Counted from the first letter of the stretch, positions 10,877 to 23,196 are shown. The stretch: DNA of 51,882 nt from Proteromonas lacertae (GCA_002245135.1 NGBS01000627.1:1-51882); one strand, 5' to 3'. The notes: generated by a model not told the origin, from the sequence alone. Translations and numbers: made by a program.

Positions 10877-11692
10877 ATGTATTTCCATATATGCAAATGT
10901 TATGATTTATGCTATCTTTCATTTTACATCATTTTATTTTTGTATATTTACATAATTACAAAATTAAAAAATAAATATGTAAAGGATAAACATAGATTAG
11001 TGGTGTATATAAGTTCTTGTAATAGATATAATTATTTTAACATTACAATTAATTCAATTGTCTCTCATATTATGCTATATGAATCAATAGAGTACCATAT
11101 AATTCTATTTGATCAAGGAACAATTGAATTAAGAAATCATTCATTAATTAATTATAACGTTTATGATTGTTTTTATATGAATCCAAATGGTTATATTTAT
11201 ACGTATAATGTAGTGTTTTCATATTTATACAGCGAATATGCTTTACTAATTGATGATGATAGGCCTATAAGAAAAAATATTGAAAATAATCTTATCAACA
11301 AAAATGTGTTAGAGTTATGTATGAATATTATGGATATAAGAAATGATATATATGGTTTTATATTAAAACAAGAAAAGGATGGTGATGTTAGATGTTATAA
11401 TGCAACAATAATAAATACAATTAGATATTGTAAAGTCGAAAAAGCATATTTAGGTTATTATTATAGTAATGGAGCATCAATTTATAGAACTAAAAGTTTA
11501 AAAATAATTGATCAATACAAAGGGGAAAAAAAAGTTGCAGAATATTTTGGAAAGACTATGTTAAGAATGGCATATTTATGTGATAATGTCAATTGTAAAT
11601 CGATAAGTAATATGTGCAACTATATAATGGATCATATTGGCACGATTAGCTCATTAAAAAATAAAAATATATGCAGTCTTTACTTTTATTAA
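10877..11692 (+). CDS. GT-A fold (GT2-like) glycosyltransferase
   Basis: VYISSCNR, IILFDQG and LLIDDD (DxD) motifs; C-terminal HIG; N-terminal TM. Confidence 0.7.
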   Translation: MYFHICKCYDLCYLSFYIILFLYIYIITKLKNKYVKDKHRLVVYISSCNRYNYFNITINSIVSHIMLYESIEYHIILFDQGTIELRNHSLINYNVYDCFYMNPNGYIYTYNVVFSYLYSEYALLIDDDRPIRKNIENNLINKNVLELCMNIMDIRNDIYGFILKQEKDGDVRCYNATIINTIRYCKVEKAYLGYYYSNGASIYRTKSLKIIDQYKGEKKVAEYFGKTMLRMAYLCDNVNCKSISNMCNYIMDHIGTISSLKNKNICSLYFY

Positions 11693-11757
11693 TAAATGAA
11701 TTGAAGTATATAAGCTAAATATGACATAAACAAAGGAATTGAAGTAATCTGTAAGAA

Positions 11758-12513
11758 TTGAAGTGTATGTTTGTTGAAATATTTCTATTCTTAATTATAT
11801 TCAGTTATATTTACATCAAAATAGTACTAAATAAAAAAGAAATACTTTTAAATAGTATAACTTCCATAGTAATTCCATCAATTATCAATGAACAATCTTA
11901 TTTCTTTGTTAAAACTAGATACAAAAATATTTCATTTTATCAGTGTATAAGAAGTAGTGATATTGTGTCTGATTTTATAAAAAAATATGGTAAATGGGAT
12001 GAATGCCAACAAATATATGACATATGGAGTAAAAGTAGTAAAAATGGCATTTTTCTGGATTTAGGAGCAAATATAGGCTCATGCTCTTTTCTATTCGCTG
12101 AATTAGGAATTCATGTTATTGCTTTTGAGCCTTTAAATAATAATTTATTTCCTTTTACTATTACAACTTTTACTAATAAAAAATATAAAGAATATATAAA
12201 AATATATCCATATGCATTAGGAAAAGAGAATACTTATAGAGTAATACATATACTTAAAAAGAATTGGGGAGCTTCTTCATTGTATAGTAATGTTAGAGAT
12301 TATAATGATACTGTTCATGTAGTAAAAATAAATCAATTTGATAAAATAATACCAAAATTAATATCACTGATTAAAATTGATGTTGAAGGTGCAGAATATG
12401 ATCTTTTCGAAGGAGGAGATATATTTTTTAAAACTCATCATGCAGAATATATGTTTATTGAGGCAAGTTGCGGAAAGAAAAGTATAAATGGCTTTAATAA
12501 AATTGAAAAATAA
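11758..12513 (+). CDS. FkbM-family SAM methyltransferase
   Basis: FLDLGANIG, AFEP, YALG and IKIDVEGAE motifs; N-terminal TM. Confidence 0.85.
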   Translation: MKCMFVEIFLFLIIFSYIYIKIVLNKKEILLNSITSIVIPSIINEQSYFFVKTRYKNISFYQCIRSSDIVSDFIKKYGKWDECQQIYDIWSKSSKNGIFLDLGANIGSCSFLFAELGIHVIAFEPLNNNLFPFTITTFTNKKYKEYIKIYPYALGKENTYRVIHILKKNWGASSLYSNVRDYNDTVHVVKINQFDKIIPKLISLIKIDVEGAEYDLFEGGDIFFKTHHAEYMFIEASCGKKSINGFNKIEK

Positions 12514-13393
12514 GCTTTGGAAATGTAGTTGCAAAATATAGTAGTTAAATCACAAATTAATATGTTTCCTATTAATAATACTTAAAAGAAAAACATATTA
12601 CATCAAATAATTAACAATTTATATAAACATTCGACTTTTGTTTTTACAATTTTATTCTTTGTTTTTATTACAAAATCGAACTAATAAATGTCTAGAACAA
12701 ATCGTCATGTCTAGAACAATTACACGCTACAGAATGATTACATACAGATGAATATTAGGATTGATGTAGCATAAGAGAAATCGTAGCACATTGACAAGTA
12801 TGGAGTCGATGATCTCAAACCTGGATTAAGGAGGGCTACTTGATAATATAACACTTGGATAGGATTTACTCCGAGTAGTTCTTCATACCCTAATCTATCA
12901 AGACAACATCAGTAAAGCCAAATGGCATTGTTGGACAATTAACTTGACCTTGCCGCATAGTCGGTAGATATGTTTTTACCTTTACATGAGTGATAATAAG
13001 TATTTTGGATTTCTTACAAGGAGAAGTAAACACACTTCATGTTGTTGTAACTCAATGATAGATGAAGTATGGGAAGATGAAGGTTGAGACTTCGGATCAG
13101 TCTACAACAACAGCTATCTCAATAACCGGATGATCTTCAATGAAAATCTGGACGTTCAAAACAAGGAGGATTCCAAGGACGCTTACTAGCACTTCACCAT
13201 TGCAGAAGAACTCTCGAAAGCTGTTCGTCTATAATCGGCAACTCCTTTTAGCGATATGCACAAAGCGTTCAAAGTCAAAATCCATTACTCGATAAGATCC
13301 AGGGAAATGCATGATTTATTAAATTTGTAACTCCCGCCAGGAGAAGTTTCGAAGTGTTAACAATTCCGAGGTGAGTTGTGAATCGACATTCCC

Positions 13394-13546
13394 TATATAG
13401 TATATATATGGGACTTTGGCCCAATGTCACAGTGTCCTAACGAGTTTTCTAGGTGTAGGTCTCCTAACCCTAACCCTAACCTTTACCTCTAGAACACTAG
13501 CTAGAACACTATGACATAAGCCAAAATCTCATATATATACTATATA
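13394..13546. mobile_element. 153-bp mini-element of the TATATAG-TIR family
   Basis: 27-bp TIR TATATAGTATATATATG(G/A)GA(C/T)TTTGGC with 2 mismatches; flanks ATTCCC/ATTCAC (5 of 6 TSD match); internal CCTAACCCTAACCCTAACC. Confidence 0.8.
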
Positions 13547-14086
13547 ATTCACGGCAGTGTTACTATTCCTACGATTCCAATCATGATCCAGCTCTGTATA
13601 CTTATCGGTGAATCAACTTCCGAGAATAATCAACAGCCCGCAATTCGTCAATGGCTTACAATCAATTCTCGGAAATCGCCCCATTCGTATTGCTACAACC
13701 AGGAGATCTCTATCGCTATAGTCAAGACTATAATCGTCCTTGACTTCGACGAGATCTCCTACAAGATATAGAACTACCGAGAAAAAGATGTTCCCTTAGC
13801 AACCTCGAGGTAGAAGATCACAGTGGACTATGCCGTCTGTCAGTTCTTTATGCATTGTAAGAGTTTATCGTCAAAGTCGAGATTAAGTCTTGAACATTGC
13901 TGAGAGGTTTTGCACAACCTACGTGTATCAGCTACTACTCGATCGATAGGATTTCTTCGTCCTCTCGGCAAAGGAACGATACGAACACATCAACTACGAT
14001 AACAAGGTGTACCTTAAATATTCTCAAATAAAAGTAAAAATACTTAATTTTACAAAACTATATTGGAAATATAACAATTATTGAAA

Positions 14087-14467
14087 TTAATTATTTTTTT
14101 TACATAAAACACATACTTCATAACCAGCTGATTTTATACTTCTCTCTATATATTTTTTAAGATTAATTGATTTCAGTATTTCAAATGTTTCATTATCTCC
14201 ATAATAATGCTTATCATATCTGTGATAATATATAGGAGATACAGAATAGCCCATATTGCTTAATAGATATTCTAATGATTCATATGAAAAGAATATATAA
14301 TGAGATGCTAATGGTTGAAATGTTATAGACTCTTCCTTATTTTTATATAAAACACTTGTGTATGAGTTTATATCTGGAACACATGCTATTAAATATCCAT
14401 TTATTTTTTGCATGAAATGTATATTTCTTAAAACAACTAATATATTATTATAAAATATATGCTCCAA
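14087..14467 (-). pseudogene. Duplicated 3' half of the methyltransferase at 29011-29733
   Basis: Translation identical to that gene's C-terminus; 5' part lost at the duplication breakpoint. Confidence 0.85.
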
Positions 14468-14532
14468 AAGACATCAGTTTATTTCTAGTCAATATAAAAC
14501 ACATCATATTTTTCTTATCTTATACTAATATT

Positions 14533-14990
14533 ATATATATATGGGAATCTTGCCCCATGTCGTAGTCCCATATATATAAACTGACTACTAGATTCCTGCT
14601 ATGAGGTCTTCTTCTACAAGAAGAGCTGTTCCTAAGATAAGTTCATCTACAGAACCGTGTAAACCGATTGTAAAGACTAGGATGGTTCTACGATTTCTTT
14701 GAACTCTTTCAATCAACCAGCTCCTATGGCAGCTCCTTCTTTCAATCCAGTAATGATGATGTCTCCATCGGCTACTTCAAATTCCTTTGCATTTCCCGGA
14801 GCTGCCCAATAACAACAACAATTACAACCTGAGAAGCCCCAGCTCCGCATCTGTGGTAAGTACTGGCACTACTTCCTTAAGCAAGATCAAGTACCCTTCT
14901 ATGTTGAAGCCATGGTTGAAAAGATCTCTGAGTATGATACCAACTAATACCTTCAGTTGAATGACTTCAAGGAGAAAAGTGTTCTAATTG
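14533..14990 (+). mobile_element. Degenerate TATATAG-family end plus GC-richer fragment
   Basis: TATATATATGGGAATCTTGCCCCATGTCGTAGTCCCATATATATA hairpin resembles the family terminus; followed by GC-richer DNA. Confidence 0.5.
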
Positions 14991-15500
14991 TTAATATGTA
15001 TAATTGTTAAAATGTGAAGTGGATATTTTTGGAATTAAAATGCATAATGATATAATTATATTTATGATTTTAGAGGAATAAACGCTTAATATTTGAAACA
15101 AAAATAATTGCATATCCACAGAAATATACCAATTATGTAAAAATAGAGAATTATCAGGTGGATTAAAATAGTCAGTTGAGCAGTATATATAGTAATAATT
15201 AGAGCAGATAAATGTGATTGATAATATTTCTGTATATAAAACTATATAATGCTGTTTATATATTTCATTATAATAATATAAAATTATAATCCACATATTT
15301 GTTATACATAGGAAAAGTAATCTGATATATCTCTTATGTAAACTAATAAATAGTATATTTGAATGTAACAAATATCCTGAAATTGCTATAAACACAGTAA
15401 CGGCAATATATCCAAACTTTAAAATATTGCAATGATATAGAATAACAATAAAAATAGTATATCCTCTAAGTATCTGAATATCATTGCTGTAATTTATAAT
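14991..15500 (-). pseudogene. Truncated acyltransferase-3 (OafA-like)
   Basis: NYSNDIQILRGYTIFIVILYH...GYIAVTVFIAISGYL...LHNWYISVDMQLF; ends at the GC-richer insert. Confidence 0.75.
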
Positions 15501-15520
15501 ACGATGTTTATAAATAGTAA

Positions 15521-16171
15521 TTAAAATTTACAGTTATTATCTTTAATATAGAATCCCAACGGCTCTTTAAACAAAGCTACTTTATATCCTTTAACCACAA
15601 TACGAGATATAAAATCTAAGTCTTCTGTTGCAGTAAGTGTGTCATTATATTTTATATGATACATAATATTCCTTTTTATGGTAGGCCAACCATTTGTTAT
15701 ATAGAATCTATTTGATACATCACACTTATATATTCTATTATCAAATGTAAATGTTTTTCTACACCTCTCTGTTATAATTCCAAATTGATTAGCAACTACA
15801 TATTTGTTAAATACCATAGATATGTTTTGAGAATCCAACCTACTATAATTTCTTGTGGAAGGATGAAATACAACATCAATGTTTCTATTTTCATAAAATA
15901 TTCTGCATAGAGTATAAATCCTGTAAATTGACATTGTATCATCAATATCAAAATAAGATATTATAGAGCAGTGTGAATAAATATAACCTATATTTCTGTT
16001 TGAAGCAGCATTGTGTTTTTTTTTTCTGTATATAATTATTAGACCATTTGTACATTTGTTTAATTTTTCTGTATCTTTAACAACTCGGCTAATATTATTT
16101 GAAAGAATTCCTGAAATTATTATAACAATTTCATGGGGATATTTTATTGATCTACATATACTTCTTATCAA
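15521..16171 (-). CDS. GT2-like glycosyltransferase (true 5' end further upstream, uncertain)
   Basis: AASNRNIG, SYFDIDD, NGWPT and TEDLDF motifs; paralog of 9454-10284. Confidence 0.75.
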   Translation of the reverse strand: MIRSICRSIKYPHEIVIIISGILSNNISRVVKDTEKLNKCTNGLIIIYRKKKHNAASNRNIGYIYSHCSIISYFDIDDTMSIYRIYTLCRIFYENRNIDVVFHPSTRNYSRLDSQNISMVFNKYVVANQFGIITERCRKTFTFDNRIYKCDVSNRFYITNGWPTIKRNIMYHIKYNDTLTATEDLDFISRIVVKGYKVALFKEPLGFYIKDNNCKF

Positions 16172-16360
16172 AATATTGCTACATCTATTAATATCCTCAA
16201 AAGTCGTTGGTATTATTAAAGAAAGACAAAAAGGTATTAATTTAATAATTGATTTTATATATAGAGTAAAAAGAATTATAAAATTTAAAAAGAGAAATGT
16301 AAAAAATAGGTAAATTTTCCCTTAAATATAGTTTTTATATATGTATTTAAAAAAATATAA

Positions 16361-17398
16361 TCAAGATGTATTATTATTCATCATATTTAATAATAGTATT
16401 TCAATTGGAAAAAGACCATGTATAAATACTTTATTCTTAACTATTGATAAATCATTTTTCTTTCTGTATGTTATTTCAGTAATGTTGGATATATCTAAAT
16501 ACTTTAATTGACAATGCTTAATGAATATACCGAACATTACATCTTCAATCCAAATGAAATTATTACTATTTCTAATGTATTTATTAATGCAATTGAGTGT
16601 AGAGGATCTAAACAAAAATGCAGGTCCATATGGATATGATGGATAACTAATACTAAATATACTTTTGTTTTTACATGTTATTGACCATTTATAATTTGTA
16701 TTACATATTAGTTTTGGATTCATATGCATAGATCCTATCACAGAAATTTGTTTGTCACTTGAATTAATTATATTAAACATCATATTATTGTTAAAGTAAG
16801 TATCTATATCCAATTTTAATATCCATTCTATGTTATAACAATGGGTGAATATATATTTATAAAAACATATCATAATTAATGAGCAGTTATAATAATTAGA
16901 AATAACATTAAACACTAATATGTCATTGTAAAGTAGTATTTCTTTTTTTAGTATTGTACTCAAACTTTTGTAATATGAATTTCCACAAATAAATACATAT
17001 TTAATATTTTTTAACTTTCTTAAGAACCTTCTCATAATGTGTCTTTCATATAAACACTCAGGTCTTGATAGTATTCCTATTAATACAGTTGTATTATAAC
17101 AATTTTTTATTTTACTATATTCACTATTACACAAAACCAATTGTCTATTTAAAAAGAATGTATTATGAGGTATATAATTAACTTTTGGAAATGTATAATT
17201 TATCAATCTTCTCCCACAAGTAATATTGAAATTATTTCCACATTTTATATATGCATTTATATGTTTTATAATAGTTGCATTTATTTTAGTAATTATTTTC
17301 ATATAATAATTATCACATTCATTAACATAATAATATGAATATAGTATAATAACATTATATAAAAAAATATAAACATAAACGAAATAAATTGATTTCAT
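16361..17398 (-). CDS. GT31 beta-1,3-galactosyltransferase-like protein
   Basis: ERHIMR, YNDIL, LKLDIDTY, YPSYPYGPAFL, IEDVMFG and HG motifs; N-terminal TM. Confidence 0.85.
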   Translation of the reverse strand: MKSIYFVYVYIFLYNVIILYSYYYVNECDNYYMKIITKINATIIKHINAYIKCGNNFNITCGRRLINYTFPKVNYIPHNTFFLNRQLVLCNSEYSKIKNCYNTTVLIGILSRPECLYERHIMRRFLRKLKNIKYVFICGNSYYKSLSTILKKEILLYNDILVFNVISNYYNCSLIMICFYKYIFTHCYNIEWILKLDIDTYFNNNMMFNIINSSDKQISVIGSMHMNPKLICNTNYKWSITCKNKSIFSISYPSYPYGPAFLFRSSTLNCINKYIRNSNNFIWIEDVMFGIFIKHCQLKYLDISNITEITYRKKNDLSIVKNKVFIHGLFPIEILLLNMMNNNTS

Positions 17399-17421
17399 AT
17401 GATTTGTTTAAAATAGTATAG

Positions 17422-17745
17422 ATGAATATGTTATTTTTAATAATTCTGTTTATCATGCTAATATCTGTATATTATAAAAAGATATATAATACTAATAAAA
17501 AACGAGGTATATCTGGTAGTTTTCTTTTATCAATTCTTTTATCAATTCTAAACTTAGTTATTGGTACTAATCTGAATGATTATTATAACTTCAAATATGT
17601 GGATCCATATCCTATAAAAGGTAAATACGATATTAATCAAGCATTTTGTTTTTCTTTTTATAGTTATTGCATTGAAACAGTCGACTTGATTGTGAAATTT
17701 ATAGAAATAAAATCATACTCTATAGCAAATACTATATGGTTGTAA
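17422..17745 (+). CDS. Hypothetical membrane-anchored protein or gene fragment
   Basis: ATG start and N-terminal hydrophobic segment; no family recognised. Confidence 0.3.
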   Translation: MNMLFLIILFIMLISVYYKKIYNTNKKRGISGSFLLSILLSILNLVIGTNLNDYYNFKYVDPYPIKGKYDINQAFCFSFYSYCIETVDLIVKFIEIKSYSIANTIWL

Positions 17746-18133
17746 TCTACTCCATAATAACATTTGCAGTTCCTATTTCAATTTAAAGACAAAAACAAAT
17801 CTTTTCTTAGTTTGCATTCTCCACCTTTATATTGGAAATGATCTATTCCTTCAACATTGCTACCTATCATGATAGAGTATTAACCATCTCCATACTTACT
17901 TATTGATAAGTGATTGTTTCTATTTACAATTTCTGCAGCTATTTCATACCGCATTTGAAATATGTATTTGAAGTAAACGAGAATTTTTGGTTATTGTAAC
18001 AATTATATTTCTTATTCTTTACATGAAGATTAGATAATGATATATTTAATATTAAAAATGAAAATGAAATACATATAAAGAAATTAATATATAAAAATAT
18101 GCCACTCATTTTACAATGTCAGTGTAAAGTATC

Positions 18134-19162
18134 ATGTTCTACTGTATATTATTAATAACAAATTATTTATATTTTAGTGTTTCTGTATCTTTGTTTATAT
18201 TTTTAACTATCAGTTATAATAATAATAATAATATATACATATATTTAATATTTCCTAGCAAAGGAAAAGGAGGACCATATTCTTTATCATACTACATCTA
18301 CTGTGCAATAAAAAGATGGAATAATGATAGTATTATATCAAGAAAAGTAAAATTAATTTATAAAGAGTCAATTACTTTAAAAACTATTCAGAATATAATA
18401 CAGAAAGCACATACATTTATATGGTTTGAAAGAGCTGATTACATATATCTTGTAAATAATTCTACCTATGATTCTATGTTTAAAAAAATAATATATGGAC
18501 CAATTGTTACTCCTTTAAAATGGTTTGCTATGCCTAAGAATAATTCTTATGAAAAATATTGGTGTTTAGTAATGAAAAAAATAAATGCATTTGCAACTCA
18601 TTCGATTAGAGTTAAAAATCACATTATTAATCGCACAAATTGTCATTTTTATCTTACTAAATATTATATACTTACTCCATGCTTAGAATATAAACATAAT
18701 ATAAATTTCATCAACTCATTCAATCAAAGAAAGGTAGATTTTTTAGTTTATACCAAATATTCTGATTGTAGAAGAGTAAATGATGAAAAAATATTAATTG
18801 AATTTCTTATACAAAAATATACAATAGAAGTTATAAAATATGGGAATTATTCCAAAAGTAAAATGATGTTATTAGCTAATAATGCTAAATTTGTTATATA
18901 TTTCTCTTTTTATGATACTGGCGCACTTTCATTACTTGAAATGAAAGCAATGGGAGTATGGCCTATATCACATCAAGAAGAATTTATTGAAGAAGGTTAT
19001 GGTAGTATATTAAAAGAATTAGATACTAATATTACAAAATCTTTATATTATTTAAATGAGATATATAAAATAAAATACAATCCAAAAAAATTAGCTTTAA
19101 ATGTAAAGAATAATTTAAATTGTGTTAAATCATTAGAGAATATAGTTAAATTAATTAAATAA
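18134..19162 (+). CDS. Putative GT-B (GT4-like) glycosyltransferase
   Basis: 342 aa, N-terminal TM; SFYDTGALSLLEMKAMGV resembles the GT-B E/D-x7-E-A-x-A-x-G motif. Confidence 0.65.
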   Translation: MFYCILLITNYLYFSVSVSLFIFLTISYNNNNNIYIYLIFPSKGKGGPYSLSYYIYCAIKRWNNDSIISRKVKLIYKESITLKTIQNIIQKAHTFIWFERADYIYLVNNSTYDSMFKKIIYGPIVTPLKWFAMPKNNSYEKYWCLVMKKINAFATHSIRVKNHIINRTNCHFYLTKYYILTPCLEYKHNINFINSFNQRKVDFLVYTKYSDCRRVNDEKILIEFLIQKYTIEVIKYGNYSKSKMMLLANNAKFVIYFSFYDTGALSLLEMKAMGVWPISHQEEFIEEGYGSILKELDTNITKSLYYLNEIYKIKYNPKKLALNVKNNLNCVKSLENIVKLIK

Positions 19163-20095
19163 CAATATTTTTGTATAATTTAGCTTAAGATTATCTACAT
19201 CGATTGGAAATATAGTACATATTTTAATGCTTATTCCATGAACAGCCAAGTGTAACTGTAAATCTTTGCAATCTAAAAAACTATTTTTACGTTTGTAGTA
19301 TTGATTAATTCTTATTATTTTGATGTGATAGTTATAGAAATATATTCCCATTTGAATATCCTCTCTATATATCAATTTGGAGCTATTTAATTCCAATGTA
19401 TTTATGAAGGTACTCCAGTTATGTAGCTTAGGTAAAATATAAAAATTACCTGCTACAAATTCAGGTAAAGTAGTTAGATTATATAAAGAATAAGGTAAAT
19501 AGTTTTTATTATTTTTATCTCGTTTTGTTTTCATTGAAGGGTAGAAATAACCATAAATTACTTTATGGTTATTTTTGGAAATTAGAATATATAATATAAT
19601 TAATTGTAAGTTAGGATATACATCACTATCAACTCTTAAAATATAATCAAATCTGTTATATACACTTTTAGTCCAATTATATAACAATAGCGTAGATATA
19701 GTTAGGTTGTAATAATCATCATGAAAAGAAAATTGTAGAAGATCTGTTTCTTGTGATATTTCATTATCAAATCCAGAAAAGAATATAATTCTAGAATCAT
19801 AAATATCTAAATTTTTACTCCAAGTATTTCTTATTAAATATCTTCTATAAATATTAGAATAACATATTGGTACTACAATCAATATTCTTCTAAATTGAGT
19901 TATGTTAATGTTTTTAATTATTCTAAACAGTGATGGAGTTTTTACATGATAATGATCAATAGTTGTAGATAAATAGTTGTTGCAGTTGCTAATATTATAA
20001 ATATAAATGAAAATTACAGAATATATAAGTATAAGAATTAATATAATTATTAATAATGATAAATCACATATATTATTGAGAATAATGAATAACAA
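19151..20095 (-). CDS. GT31 beta-1,3-galactosyltransferase-like protein
   Basis: RRYLIRNTW, DDYYNLT, LRVDSDVY, PEFVAGNFY, EDIQMG and HG motifs. Confidence 0.85.
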   Translation of the reverse strand: MLFIILNNICDLSLLIIILILILIYSVIFIYIYNISNCNNYLSTTIDHYHVKTPSLFRIIKNINITQFRRILIVVPICYSNIYRRYLIRNTWSKNLDIYDSRIIFFSGFDNEISQETDLLQFSFHDDYYNLTISTLLLYNWTKSVYNRFDYILRVDSDVYPNLQLIILYILISKNNHKVIYGYFYPSMKTKRDKNNKNYLPYSLYNLTTLPEFVAGNFYILPKLHNWSTFINTLELNSSKLIYREDIQMGIYFYNYHIKIIRINQYYKRKNSFLDCKDLQLHLAVHGISIKICTIFPIDVDNLKLNYTKILLFN

Positions 20096-20109
20096 TTACT
20101 ATCAGCTAA

Positions 20110-20720
20110 TCTAATAGTTGAATCTCTTTATAATTATACTCTGTAATGTTTTATTTCTATCATACTGATGAATAATAAATGGTAATGATTTATCTTTTCT
20201 GTGTATTGTATTATTTTCTATAGTGAAACAACAATTATGAAATATATTTCTAAAAGTTAATTCTATTCCCACGGTAAATATAAATCCATTGTTATTGAGA
20301 TTTAAACATATATTCGTACTTTTTATTCTATTTTGGTAATATATATAGTTTAATACACCATGATCTGATGTAAAATGATAATATTATTTTAAATAAACTA
20401 AATATTGTTCAAGAATATCAGTAGGTTATATGAATCTCCTCCATTCATTGGAGTTTGTTCCATCTATCTTGTCTTATTGCAAATGGATAACTAGCATCTT
20501 CACATAAAACAATTCTATTTTTAATTTTTATAGTTTCTGGATTTATCTGTAATATACTAATTCTCAAATCAAGGAGAAACACATTACCATATTTATAATA
20601 ATACTTCATCAAAAAGCAGTAATACAAGCCATATCTATTTATAGCCCATTTATATTCTGTTATATTTTTAGGTAATATACATACTTTTACCAAATTATAT
20701 AATGAACTATTCTCAAACAA
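20110..20720 (-). pseudogene. Degenerate GT-A-like gene
   Basis: RYGLYYCFL...VFLLDLR..LQ.NP and downstream SDHGVLNY (DQG.LN-like); interrupted. Confidence 0.45.
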
Positions 20721-20771
20721 AAATGGCCATTCTTTTGAGATTTTATTTATGAATAAAGAAAGATATATAGT

Positions 20772-21089
20772 ATGCTGATAATTATAGCATGTCCTAAAGA
20801 TGGTAAAACATTAAATCTAAATGTATCATCTTTTTTAGTAGATGTTGAAATTATTAAATTTAATAAAGAAAGCAATACATATGATAGTAGAGAGGCTGGT
20901 TTAATGTTAGATTATATTATTCAAACTTATAGTATTTCGAATTATAATATATTATTTTTTATTCACAATCATGATAAATCAGGCCATTATCCAACGTCAA
21001 TTATTATAGCCATTATTCATGATCATAATTATTATCCAATGTTCAATCCTAAAATGTTCCTTATCCTCCTGACTGCAGTGCAAATATAA
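20772..21089 (+). pseudogene. DUF3431-like glycosyltransferase-associated fragment
   Basis: SREAGLMLDYIIQTY...FFIHNHDKSGH resembles the DUF3431 motif; short. Confidence 0.5.
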
Positions 21090-21123
21090 TATTGTAATTA
21101 ATTACTTTGTATTGACCAAATTA

Positions 21124-22324
21124 TTATTTTATACTAGAATGTTTTACAAAATCTTTGAAAATATAATAAAAAGATGATGTATTTAAAACAAATTCATCAT
21201 CTTTTTTGTTGTAAGTTGAATAAATACCATAATAATTATATCCTAAAATAAAAGATAGTTCAGCAAAACATAATACTGGAAAATTATCATTTATTAATTC
21301 CATTATTTTTACACCATTCTTTGATACTATAATGTTTGTTAATCCTGCACCGTGAGGTGCTACTATTATATCTGCATTTGAAAACATATCTATCATTACT
21401 GTGAACTTAGTAGAAGGCTCATATATATTACAATTATAATAGTAGTATTCATTACATATTTTGTTAACAATGTCGAAGAAGTGTTTTAATCTCCTAGTAT
21501 AAAGTCTTCTGATAAATAGTATAATTGGTGTTACATATTTATTTTTATTTTTTATTTTTGCTAATAATATATTTCTTAATTGCAAAACTGAATATGTATA
21601 TATTGACGAAGTACATTCCACTCTTTCCATCATTATTACATATTTAGAATATACATTTCCAGAAATTATATTATTTACAGATATATCAAGCAACATTAAA
21701 TAATTCATTATAGCGCGCTGTTGTTATGAATATGTATTTGATAATTCGAAATACTATTTAGTATTGATAGCAGTGGAATAATTTTAGTAAGAAAATTAAT
21801 TATTGAATGATATATTGCAGATCCTAAATATTGTGTGTTATTTGGATTATTATATTAGTATTATTCTTTTTTAAATTGTAAATTGGTGTATTTAGTATTT
21901 CTTTTTTGCATCTACAACCTCCTTTAATAGATATATATTCGTTGCATAATGTTAGTATTGAACCATATTCATTTAAGATGATATTTTTGAAAAAATATAT
22001 CATGTATGATTTATTTTCATATACGGTAGATGACTTTCTTTTGATAATTAAATTTCTCTTTCTAATTACATTATTTCCAAATTTTACTGCAAACCTTTTA
22101 GTTATTTTAATATAAATAAATCTATTATTTGATAACACATTATTTACATTAGCACAAGAATAATTTTTAGTTATGTTATTATTGCATTTAATAATAATAA
22201 TTCCATCCATTTTTCCTATTGTTGATAGAATTACATTTTTTGTTCTGAGTTTTGGGATTTTGGAAATACTAAATATAAAGGAATTATAAATAAATTCCAA
22301 TATAATGAAGCATATAAAGAACAA
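21124..22324 (-). pseudogene. GT61 (DUF563) glycosyltransferase split into two ORFs
   Basis: FSNADIIVAPHGAGLTNII in 21124-21708; TM-containing N-terminal part in 21824-22324. Confidence 0.75.
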
Positions 22325-23196
22325 ATAAATAAGTAAAGAAAATACTATTTGTATAATTTAGATTATAAGAAATTTAAAGTTTTGTTCATAAACATATGAT
22401 TAATAAACATCTTTGATGTTATTATATCTTTTATTATTACGAATTATTTTGTTATATTTTTTTCCCCTACATTCTGAAAATATTAATCTACAATCCCAAC
22501 ACTTATCAATACTCCAACGAAGATAGTCTTGATAGTAGATCCAGATTCACCTCCGTGAATGATCTTACCGATCAATTCTATGAGAGGATCCATTGGAGCC
22601 ATTACCCTTTGGTAGCTCCGATAAAGCTACCTTGAGAACCAACAATCGAAGAAGGCGAAAGTCAAAGGGAAGGGATGTTCTCAAAACCAATGGACTAGGT
22701 AAAGTAAAACTTCATTAGGCCAAGAGAAGCAAAGGTGGTAAATCAAGGACCAGTAGAAGCACCAACAAAGTCATTATCTATCGTCTCTAAGTAGTAAAGT
22801 CTTTCCCAATGATGAACCAACCCCTTGAAGATCCACAACTACAACAGCCTGAAGAATAAGAAGGTAACCTGATTGTCAATGATCCAAAGCAATGCTTAAG
22901 CAGCATCCCGAGATACTCAAGAAGCTTAAAGACAAACGCATGGAGAATACCATTGGTTGGTCAAGCCTTCAAGCTTTAGTTTTCAAAATACAATAATAGC
23001 AAACAATTATAATAAATAAAAACTTGTTAGTAGTTACTTGTAATTTCTTGCTATCATCGTCTTCATCTTCATGTGTTCTGGAGATAAAGACGACCGATTT
23101 AAACCACTAATTCTTCCTGTGAGGGAGAATATCCTCTCAACCTCACAGGAAGTTGGTGGGTATTTTAAATATTTTTGCGAAATTTTGAATAGATTA

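Larger units (their letters stand above)
12976..14469. repeat. 1.5-kb inverted segmental duplication, copy A (copy B 29351-30844)
   Basis: Near-identical reverse complement; both breakpoint pairs sum to 43820; identical ORF translations. Confidence 0.9.

Noticed and set aside
13463..13481. True telomere or chromosome end
   Set aside because: Only about three units, internal to a mini-element.
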